DNA of 18,006 nucleotides from assembly GCA_016839515.1 (NCBI GenBank), contig JAEOUE010000081.1, positions 1 through 18,006 on the forward strand, written 5' to 3'. The position numbers and the translations under genes were made by a program. Of this stretch, positions 7,886-15,322 are shown one piece after another; the first letter of the stretch is position 1; every line of letters starts with the position of its first letter. The notes beneath the pieces are model-generated. The model had not been told where the DNA came from. It did no database searches and saw only the letters and a program-made list of their open reading frames with translations. The stretch comes from Candidatus Hodarchaeum mangrovi (lineage in GTDB: Archaea; Asgardarchaeota; Heimdallarchaeia; Hodarchaeales; Hodarchaeaceae).

Positions 7886-8650
7886 TTAAACCTCCAACTT
7901 AAAAAGATCGATTTTAGTCAATATGGTAATTTCATCTTTCGCTTCATTAAAATCAAGTACTTTTCGTTTTTCTAGTCCACTTAAAACCCTTTTCAAAGTA
8001 GTTTCATCAATACCTAAAGCTGCCTTTATTTCTGTAAGTTTTGAGGTTGAACTTGGTTTCATCGCTAAAAATTTAATTAATCCTACCTCAGGGCTTTGAA
8101 TGTAATCTTTTCGACAAAGAATACGAATGGCTTCAAATTTATTAGTGATTAAATTCTTTTCATTTGTAAGTTTTTCAAATTCTTGAGTTACTAATTTCAT
8201 TCTAGCCTCGTATTTAGGCCTTAATTCGTTATTAATAGTTTCAATCATTGTTAAATCTTTTTCCAAGGATTTTAAAGTTTCATTTAAACCATTATTTTCT
8301 TTAATCAGTGTTTCAAGATCAGTTTTATTTTTAGTTAATTTCGTTTGGAGAGAAGAATTTTCTGTATTAACATTATCTAGTTCCTTCTGTAAATTTTCTT
8401 TTTCTTTTTGAATCTGATCAATTTCAATTTTGAATGTCTCAAGATCATTTGTCAGATCCGAAATTTCTCGTGTATATTCATTTAATTGTTGACGCCGTTT
8501 CCCGATATAATTTTTTAAATTGTCAATATCATTAATAAGAGACTTTAAATCTTCTCTAATTAGTTGTAAGCGTCCTGTGAATTTTGGTATTAATTCTTCA
8601 AGACTTAGTTCAAGTTTTCGAATTTCTTCTGCTGATTTTGGCGTACTCAT
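7886..8650 (-). CDS. Uncharacterised long coiled-coil protein with C-terminal winged-helix domain (paralog A)
   Basis: About 170 aa of heptad repeats, then PEVGLIKFL...SKLTEIKAALGIDETTLKRVLSGLEKRKVLDFNEAKDEITI (wHTH). ATG 8650 (MSTPK) has an upstream GAGAGG and is preferred over 8698. Confidence 0.8.
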   Translation of the reverse strand: MSTPKSAEEIRKLELSLEELIPKFTGRLQLIREDLKSLINDIDNLKNYIGKRRQQLNEYTREISDLTNDLETFKIEIDQIQKEKENLQKELDNVNTENSSLQTKLTKNKTDLETLIKENNGLNETLKSLEKDLTMIETINNELRPKYEARMKLVTQEFEKLTNEKNLITNKFEAIRILCRKDYIQSPEVGLIKFLAMKPSSTSKLTEIKAALGIDETTLKRVLSGLEKRKVLDFNEAKDEITILTKIDLFKLEV

Positions 8651-8721
8651 TAATAATCGTCCTCTCAGAACAATAATGACTATACCTTTAAAAAACATTT
8701 TTGATTTAAAAAGGATATTTA

Positions 8722-8790
8722 GGGAAAAGAAAATTTATATACTAGTTATGAATAATTATATTTGATGTGTATAAAATCTTTAAGTTTAAA
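8722..8790 (+). promoter_or_regulatory. Candidate BRE/TATA promoter(s) of the hsp20 operon
   Basis: Purine-rich GGGAAAAGAAAA followed by TTTATATA (8734-8741), and a second AAAATCTTTAAG element (8773-8784). Confidence 0.45.
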
Positions 8791-8845
8791 AATAGAACGC
8801 ATTTAGCTTTTATTAGATTGATTTTAAAGGATAGTGAATTAAAAG

Positions 8846-9469
8846 TTGTCTGATCCAAATAAAGATGAATATGATGAGGATGATAATTTTCCTAGAAGGC
8901 GGAGACGTCGTGACGAAAGCCCATTCGATGATATTATGAATTATTTCATGAATCAATTCGGAGGAGCTTTTAATTTCGAAAATATATTTGAAAATATGGA
9001 CTATTTTCTTGAGGATCTTTTCAGAAGGTTTAGTGTTTCTGGACCTTTTAGCGATGGTTCTGAATTTCCAGGATTTGTCTGGGGTTTTAGGATGACTAAA
9101 GGACCAGATGGAAGACCTCATATTGAACGGTTTGGTAACACTCCTAGGAAAATTCAAGGATCTGCTGTTCATCCATCTGATGAAAGAGAACCTTTAGTCG
9201 ATGTATTAGAAGATACAAGCGTTCTTCGTGTTATCGCTGAAATTCCAGGCGTAACAAAGCAAGATATCGATCTTTCTGCAACTGAAAATAGTCTTCTAAT
9301 TCAAGCTGAATCAGAAGATGGAAAACGTAAGTACTACAAGGAGCTTGATCTTCCTTGCATAGTGATGCCTGATACTGCCACAGCAAAATTCAAGAACGGG
9401 GTTCTTGAAGTAGAATTGACAAAAAAGCATTGTGATGAAAAAAAGGGTAAGAAAGTGGATATTTATTAA
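8846..9469 (+). CDS. hsp20: Archaeal small heat shock protein Hsp20 (alpha-crystallin domain)
   Basis: GFRMTKGPDGRPHIERFGN, REPLVDV, VIAEIPGV.K.DI, YYKELDLP, ATAKFKNGVLEV and a C-terminal VDI (IxI-type) motif. TTG start with an in-frame TAA just upstream. Confidence 0.95.
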   Translation: MSDPNKDEYDEDDNFPRRRRRRDESPFDDIMNYFMNQFGGAFNFENIFENMDYFLEDLFRRFSVSGPFSDGSEFPGFVWGFRMTKGPDGRPHIERFGNTPRKIQGSAVHPSDEREPLVDVLEDTSVLRVIAEIPGVTKQDIDLSATENSLLIQAESEDGKRKYYKELDLPCIVMPDTATAKFKNGVLEVELTKKHCDEKKGKKVDIY

Positions 9470-9519
9470 ATAAAAGAATTTTTTTGGATAAGAAAATCAG
9501 ATTCACTTGGTGTAGTTTT

Positions 9520-10308
9520 ATGTATTTGGAAACATTAACAGATGAAATAGAAGATTGGATAGAAAAAGCAGAAGAAACAGAGAATCTTCGTTTGATATAC
9601 AAAGGAGAAACAAATCATTTAAAGGGAGCCATTGCAATCGAATTACTAGGATATTATGGTTCAGTTGATAAGCTTATTACAAAAGAACTACTAAAAGTGA
9701 GTCAAAAATCTCAGAAAATAGCTGGTTTCTTTTCCAATTATTTTAATGAAATGATTGAATTTAGTTTAGGGGAAATTCTCCTTCCAATCTCGGTTTTAAG
9801 TCTAAACATTGGAAATCAACCTTATATATTAACTACAACGAATTTTGCTATCCCAGATATCATATGTTATCGATTATCCGAAGAATTATTTTCTTTTTAT
9901 CAACAGTTGAATGTTTCCAAAATATTATTGATTGATGGGGTCTATTCTAGGCATCGATCATTACATCAACTTCCAAAAGTTCATAGAATCATCTCCAACG
10001 ACTTTAAGATTCATATGATATCTAAAGAGAAATCTAATTTTTCCATGATGGGTCAAATTGCCAGCTCATTTCTTACCTATCGGAGTCAAATACCAAATAT
10101 TCCTTTAGAAATAGTTGCTGTGGAATCTTTTGCTGAATATGATCCAATATCAGCTTATGAACTCCTTAAATTTTTAAATCAAGAATTTAATATCGATAAT
10201 GGATTAGAATACATCAAAGAATTAGCTGATGATTATAAAAGAGAGATAAATGCTGTTTATGAAGAAGAAAAAGAAGAAGAAAACCCCGAAAAATTCTTTT
10301 TCACTTAG
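9520..10308 (+). CDS. Divergent PAC2-family proteasome assembly chaperone-like protein (PbaA/PbaB-like)
   Basis: LLGYYGSVDKLITKELL resembles the family GxxGxVxxIxxxxL helix. VSKILLIDG strand, YDPISAYELLKFL motif, and an acidic tail ending FFT. ATG 9520 with upstream GGTG preferred over TTG 9484. Confidence 0.65.
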   Translation: MYLETLTDEIEDWIEKAEETENLRLIYKGETNHLKGAIAIELLGYYGSVDKLITKELLKVSQKSQKIAGFFSNYFNEMIEFSLGEILLPISVLSLNIGNQPYILTTTNFAIPDIICYRLSEELFSFYQQLNVSKILLIDGVYSRHRSLHQLPKVHRIISNDFKIHMISKEKSNFSMMGQIASSFLTYRSQIPNIPLEIVAVESFAEYDPISAYELLKFLNQEFNIDNGLEYIKELADDYKREINAVYEEEKEEENPEKFFFT

Positions 10309-10319
10309 GAGATAATAGA

Positions 10320-10886
10320 ATGAGCGATAACCCAATTTCAGAATTAGAATTAATATTAAAAATTTTAACATATACTATTGAAACCAAAGGAATCGTTACA
10401 ATAGAGGAAATCGATGAAATTCTTCATCTCTTATCAAACCGAACCCGTAGAAGAATGCTATCGGAATTAGCAACAGGTGAAGGGTTTGTAAATGAATTAG
10501 TAAAAAGATTAGATGATCATCCTCAATCAATTACTCGACATTTAGAGGTTTTGAAAAAAAGTAAATTAATAACTGGACAAGAAAGACCAGGAATAGGTCG
10601 AAGAGGAAGACCTCGGCTTTATTATGCATTATTTCCAGATCTTGCAGAAATTATAACTAGAAAGCCTTCTTCTATATCAGAATCTAATGAACAATATATT
10701 TGTAGCAGTTTTCCTAGATTAAACGCAATAAAAAATCAATTAGAAGGTCGAATAACTCATAATGGACAAAAGAAAATGATTTCTGAAGTACAAAACATAA
10801 AAAAGGAACATGAAAATGCCCTAGAATTATGTAGCAGTATTCTTTCTCAATTAAATAAAAAAGTGACCAAGATACCCATTGAATAG
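10320..10886 (+). CDS. ArsR-type winged-helix transcriptional regulator, Phr/HSR1-like heat-shock regulator
   Basis: LSNRTRRRMLSEL..GFVNEL....SITRHLEVLKKSKLI....RGRPRLYY pattern and a helical C-terminus. AGGAG SD overlaps the upstream stop. Co-oriented with hsp20. Confidence 0.85.
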   Translation: MSDNPISELELILKILTYTIETKGIVTIEEIDEILHLLSNRTRRRMLSELATGEGFVNELVKRLDDHPQSITRHLEVLKKSKLITGQERPGIGRRGRPRLYYALFPDLAEIITRKPSSISESNEQYICSSFPRLNAIKNQLEGRITHNGQKKMISEVQNIKKEHENALELCSSILSQLNKKVTKIPIE

Positions 10887-10945
10887 GGGAATGGAGAGTA
10901 TAAACAGTTTCTATTCAAAATCATAAATATCAAAGAAAAATTTAT

Positions 10946-13177
10946 TTGTATTTTGATAAAGAAAAAGCGTGTGAAACGTTTATAGAATTCTTAGTTGTAT
11001 TAAAAAAAGTCGGAAATACCTCATTAAGAGGTATTATTGCTTCAGATGATGTGAATTTATTCAAACAAGAGGATTCGATATTAAAATCGTTTATAAGACT
11101 AAAATCAATTTCCCAAGATGAATCTTTCCAAATTCTTGGTCAATCTTTTGATCTAGTATTATTGGATTTTAGAAGAGTTTTTAATCCCAATAAAATATGT
11201 CAATTCATTGAAACAGTTAGAGGTGGAGGACTAATTTTTATAATAGGATCTAAGTATCCAGAGTGGTTATCACAAGTAAATAAAGGTAAATTCTCTCAAT
11301 ATTCAACAATAAATCCTTCTAATATAAATGATGAGTGTAAAGACAAATCTTATTTATTAAAATGGTTTATTACTAGTCTATTAGAAAAATTTCAATTTAA
11401 GTGCGATTTCACAGATGCTAATGAAATTTTTCAATCTTTTAATCTCATGCCTTATGAATATAAACTTGATCAATACTTTAACGATATTTTAGTTTCTAAA
11501 GATCAGAAGGAAATTTTAGATGAGTTCCAAACAAAGTTACCTAAGTCTCTAAATCGAAATATATGCATCATTATAACAGCAGACCGAGGAAGAGGCAAAT
11601 CAACACTAATTGGTCTAGCCTTGGCAAATTTCTTGATAAATACACCCAAAAAACGCTTAAATATCGTTATAACTGCTCCAGATATAAGAAACACACAAAC
11701 AATATTTGAAATGATTACTCATTACTGCTCAGTAAAAGGAGTTCATTTTTCATCGAAAAAAAAAGACGATTGGATTTTTGAAGTTAAAATAGGTTTAAAG
11801 GGAAAAGTAGGATTCGTTAATTCAAGTAATCTTGGGAATATTAAGAAATTAGATCTGTTAGTTATAGAAGAAGCTGCAACATTACCAGTAGACTCACTTA
11901 AATCCCTTTTTAAGCAAAAAGTCCCTAAAATTATGGTTAGTACTGTACATGGATATGAAGGAAGTGGGAGGAGTTTTCAAATCAAGATAACAAACCCTCT
12001 AAAGCGTCAGAAACAGATAAATTATAATCAATACACTCTTAAGCAACCAATTAGGTATTTAGAGGATGATAAAGTAGAAAATTTTCTTAATTATGTCTTT
12101 TTTTTAGATGCTGAACCTCCCCTTATTAATAAAGAAATTTTAACAAAGATAAAGAATGATTTTTCGTTAACTCAATATCCTGAAGTAGGAAAGCATTTAA
12201 TAGAGAGCAATTATCAAGTTTTACATGATCATATAGGAATTTTAGTATATTCACACTACAGAAATCAACCAAATGATCTTTTAGTGCTATGTGATTCTAT
12301 TAATCATTTTTTAGTAGGATTCAATTTAGTAAACAATGAAAATACTCACTTTCTTCTTGTATCAACTCAGTTCTCTCAGGAAGGAAGTATGAATGATAAT
12401 GTAATCGATTATGTTGAATCGGGAAAATTCATTGAAGGAAATTTGATTCCTACAGTAGCAATAAGACATTTTTCGAGAGATTTTGCCAGATTGAAAGGTT
12501 TAAGAATTGTTAGGATTGCTGTCCATCCCGAATTTATAAATCAGGGGTATGGCCGAAAAGCAATCGAATTGATTTTAGATTATTTTTATCAATTCGATTG
12601 GATAGGAGTGAGTTTTGGAGCAAATGTAAAGTTGGTTAAATTTTGGAGAAAATTTGGTTTTTATTCAGTTCATCTCAGACCGATCAAAACTCCTGAGACT
12701 GGTGAATGGAACCTTATTATGATAAGACCACAATCTAATCAATCCGAAGAAATCATAAACCAAGCATCCCGTGATTTCATTTTACAATTCATTGAACTTT
12801 TAAAACAATCTCTCCACTCGATGTCTTATGAATTAGTTCAAGAAATATTAAAATCTTGCTCATCCTACCCACAATATAAACCATTTATTTCTCATAGTGG
12901 AAAATTACGGGTTGAAAATTATTTAACAGGAAAAATTAACTTTTTATTAGCAGTAGATGTTATGTATGAGCTCTCCAAAACATATTTTATATGTCAAAAT
13001 TTTCCTAGGTTGAGTTCTGCTCAAGAAGGATTGTTAATAAGTCGAGTACTTCAGGGGAGGTCATGGGGACAAACACGAGGAAAATCAGGTTTAGATTGGG
13101 AAACATCGCATACATTAATGAGAAAGGCGATTCAAAAATTGTATAATGAAATATTTAGAGTTTTAAGCATCGAATGA
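10946..13177 (+). CDS. tmcA: tRNA/RNA cytidine N4-acetyltransferase TmcA/Nat10 (helicase plus GNAT)
   Basis: ETVRGGGL, TADRGRGKST, STVHGYEGSGRSF, PIRY..DD.VE, HYRNQPNDL, GNLIP, RIVRIAVHP...QGYG, GVSFGA, FW.K.GF and PETGE. Confidence 0.95.
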   Translation: MYFDKEKACETFIEFLVVLKKVGNTSLRGIIASDDVNLFKQEDSILKSFIRLKSISQDESFQILGQSFDLVLLDFRRVFNPNKICQFIETVRGGGLIFIIGSKYPEWLSQVNKGKFSQYSTINPSNINDECKDKSYLLKWFITSLLEKFQFKCDFTDANEIFQSFNLMPYEYKLDQYFNDILVSKDQKEILDEFQTKLPKSLNRNICIIITADRGRGKSTLIGLALANFLINTPKKRLNIVITAPDIRNTQTIFEMITHYCSVKGVHFSSKKKDDWIFEVKIGLKGKVGFVNSSNLGNIKKLDLLVIEEAATLPVDSLKSLFKQKVPKIMVSTVHGYEGSGRSFQIKITNPLKRQKQINYNQYTLKQPIRYLEDDKVENFLNYVFFLDAEPPLINKEILTKIKNDFSLTQYPEVGKHLIESNYQVLHDHIGILVYSHYRNQPNDLLVLCDSINHFLVGFNLVNNENTHFLLVSTQFSQEGSMNDNVIDYVESGKFIEGNLIPTVAIRHFSRDFARLKGLRIVRIAVHPEFINQGYGRKAIELILDYFYQFDWIGVSFGANVKLVKFWRKFGFYSVHLRPIKTPETGEWNLIMIRPQSNQSEEIINQASRDFILQFIELLKQSLHSMSYELVQEILKSCSSYPQYKPFISHSGKLRVENYLTGKINFLLAVDVMYELSKTYFICQNFPRLSSAQEGLLISRVLQGRSWGQTRGKSGLDWETSHTLMRKAIQKLYNEIFRVLSIE

Positions 13178-13417
13178 TGATTTTCTAATTGAGTTCTGAA
13201 ATCCTCGTGCTTTGTGTTTATCAATCTGAATTACACAACAAACTGTGGTAAAAGAACATGCGCCGATCGGTGAATAGCGAACATCCTTTAAACAATATAA
13301 TAGCGATCCTTTATTACAGGTACAAATCGTGAGATCATGAGAACTAGCAAAGGAATCATATATTTTTTGTTTTGGGGGCTTCGTCAATTCATTAAAAAAA
13401 GATTGCCAGTTTGACAT
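13163..13417 (-). CDS. Small cysteine-rich hypothetical protein (84 aa)
   Basis: ORF MSNWQSFF... with 6 Cys (CTC, C, C, CC). GTGAT SD-like motif upstream of ATG 13417. Overlaps the tmcA 3' end by 15 nt. Confidence 0.45.
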   Translation of the reverse strand: MSNWQSFFNELTKPPKQKIYDSFASSHDLTICTCNKGSLLYCLKDVRYSPIGACSFTTVCCVIQIDKHKARGFQNSIRKSSFDA

Positions 13418-13905
13418 ATTTATCACAATCAAGCTTGAATATTCTTCAAACATCGAATGTTATTGTATCTAATTTTATGGCAATTAATAGTGAGATAATA
13501 TCTAGAACATATCCTATGAATATCATGTAGATAATATTCCTGAAATTTTAATCATTTCAAATGAAAATTTATAATGCCGTTAATTCCTGTGGTGAATTTT
13601 TATAAAATATCTTCTCTAAATACAATACTTTACGAAAATTTCAATTTTTAATCCTTAAAAATATTATAGTGTTAGTTCTTAACAGGAATATGAATAATAA
13701 AGACAAAGTACTAATTTTAAATGCCTTTGAAGCTGAATATAAGAATAAGAACTTTCCTAAAAATCATGTTTTAAAAACATCCCATATCTAATTAATTCAT
13801 TGCTTCTGGAATCAAAAAATACAAATTTCAAAAATCCAATAAAGGATATAGTTAGTTGGCATTTGTGAAAAAAATCTATTATTTAAAACCTGTAGATGAT
13901 GTCTT

Positions 13906-15216
13906 ATGAACGCTACAGATTTGGTATTACTCCTTATTGTCATTGGAATTATAATTATTATAATCATATCTTCTCGTTCTTCTTCTTCTGGGAAAAAACT
14001 TAGAAAAGGTTCCCAATTAGAGCGAAGAGGACAATTTTTAGAAGCTTTGGACTACTATGCCAAAGTCTCACTTGACCAAGCAATTAAATTGGTATTAAGA
14101 ACCCCAGAAGCTTCTCAAATTTTAGCACTTAGAAGATTAGAAAAAAAATTTCATCCTAGGACAATAGAACAGGCATTTATTCGATTAGCCCGTACTTTAA
14201 TAAATAATAATGATATAAATGCTGCTGCAATGGCATATATTCTTGCAAACAAACCATTTGCTGCTTCCAAAGTCTTTATCGATAATGGCGGATTAGAATA
14301 TGTTCCTAGATCTGTACAGATAATTGACCAATATCCCTCATTGATACATGATAGAAATCAAGCAATCAGAAATCTCGCTCGACATGCATATAATACAAGA
14401 AAGTTCCAAGAAGCGGCAGAACTTTTACGTACAATAGGAGCTAATGAAGAAGCCAATACAGTTTTAATAGCAGCTACGACTGAAATGAGGAAGCAAGGAA
14501 TGGACAAAGAAGCTGAAAATTATATAAGTCGTGCAGGCCAACCAAATATTGCTGTCCAACATTATCTAGAGGAAGTTAAGAAAGAGCTAAATGATGGAAA
14601 TATAGAGAAAATGCGTCGATCCTTGAATTATGCGCGAAATATTACAGAAAAACTTTCAAACGTTAAGAAAAATAATGATGAATCTTTAAACGATCTAATA
14701 AGTCAAGTTAATGAATATGATCGTCTTTTGAAAACTTTGGATTCTGCTCGAGACATTTTACGAAGACATCAGACGAATCAGGCCGTTGCACTTTATGATG
14801 AACTTTTAGAAGGTCTTGGATCAGATGTACCTGCTTCTATCCTTGCAGAAGCCGCTTTGGCTAATGAAAAAGAAAATCCTAGAATTGCAGCTGAATTGTA
14901 CAGGCAAGCATCTGGAAAAGCAAGTTCTTCTAGAGCTGCTCAATCGTTTAATTTAAGAGCAAAAAAATTGGAAATTCTTTTAGAAACACCAACAAAATCA
15001 CAACAGATAATTGTAGAAAATATTGAAGCAGATGTACAAGAATCATGTATTGTTTGCAGAGCGATAATAAACAATCGTGAATCGCTTGTTAGATGTCCTG
15101 AATGTGGATCTCCTGCTCATTATGCACATCTGGCAGAATGGTTGAAAATTCGTGGGGTTTGTCCAATCTGTAAGAAGAGAGTAAAGCTAAATAGACCCGA
15201 AAAATTAAGATTTTAA
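13906..15216 (+). CDS. Membrane-anchored alpha-solenoid (TPR/clathrin-repeat-like) protein with C-terminal RING finger, putative E3 ligase
   Basis: N-terminal TM helix LVLLLIVIGIIIIIII, a Ser linker and basic residues. Ala-rich helical repeats follow (AAMAYILANKPFAASKVF, FQEAAELL...EEA, QAVALYDEL, AAELYRQA). RING CIVC-x12-CPEC-x4-HYAH-LAEW-x6-CPIC at 15046-15171. Confidence 0.85.
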   Translation: MNATDLVLLLIVIGIIIIIIISSRSSSSGKKLRKGSQLERRGQFLEALDYYAKVSLDQAIKLVLRTPEASQILALRRLEKKFHPRTIEQAFIRLARTLINNNDINAAAMAYILANKPFAASKVFIDNGGLEYVPRSVQIIDQYPSLIHDRNQAIRNLARHAYNTRKFQEAAELLRTIGANEEANTVLIAATTEMRKQGMDKEAENYISRAGQPNIAVQHYLEEVKKELNDGNIEKMRRSLNYARNITEKLSNVKKNNDESLNDLISQVNEYDRLLKTLDSARDILRRHQTNQAVALYDELLEGLGSDVPASILAEAALANEKENPRIAAELYRQASGKASSSRAAQSFNLRAKKLEILLETPTKSQQIIVENIEADVQESCIVCRAIINNRESLVRCPECGSPAHYAHLAEWLKIRGVCPICKKRVKLNRPEKLRF

Positions 15217-15322
15217 TTTCTCAAATATATTTTCAGTTTGAGTATAAAGTTATTATATCTTTATAAATTTAAACATTTACAGAAAATCTTCTGATTGCGA
15301 ACTTTGTTTAGGAGTATAAATA

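Noticed and set aside
7147-8650. Calling the coiled-coil pair SMC/Rad50, ESCRT-III/CdvB, or one frameshifted gene
   Set aside because: No Walker motifs or hinge, and the coiled coils are too long and continuous for an ESCRT-III core. Each ORF has its own SD, start and complete wHTH head.
8888-8911. FPRRRRRR run in Hsp20 as a nuclear-localisation or Tat-like signal
   Set aside because: Arg-rich N-termini before FDxxF-like segments are common in archaeal Hsp20s, and no hydrophobic signal region follows.
8520-9602. ORFs 8520-8765 (+), 8813-9172 (-) and 9390-9602 (-)
   Set aside because: They overlap better-supported genes on the opposite strand and show no recognisable motifs.
11503-11694. 63-aa minus-strand ORF
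   Set aside because: Antisense shadow of the tmcA Walker A region.
13418-13905. Replication origin or CRISPR array in the long AT-rich gap
   Set aside because: No ORB-like repeats with G-strings, no adjacent orc1/cdc6 gene, and no regularly spaced direct repeats.
13969-13989. TCT-rich microsatellite-like run
   Set aside because: It encodes the Ser-rich linker after the TM helix and is short, in-frame and imperfect.
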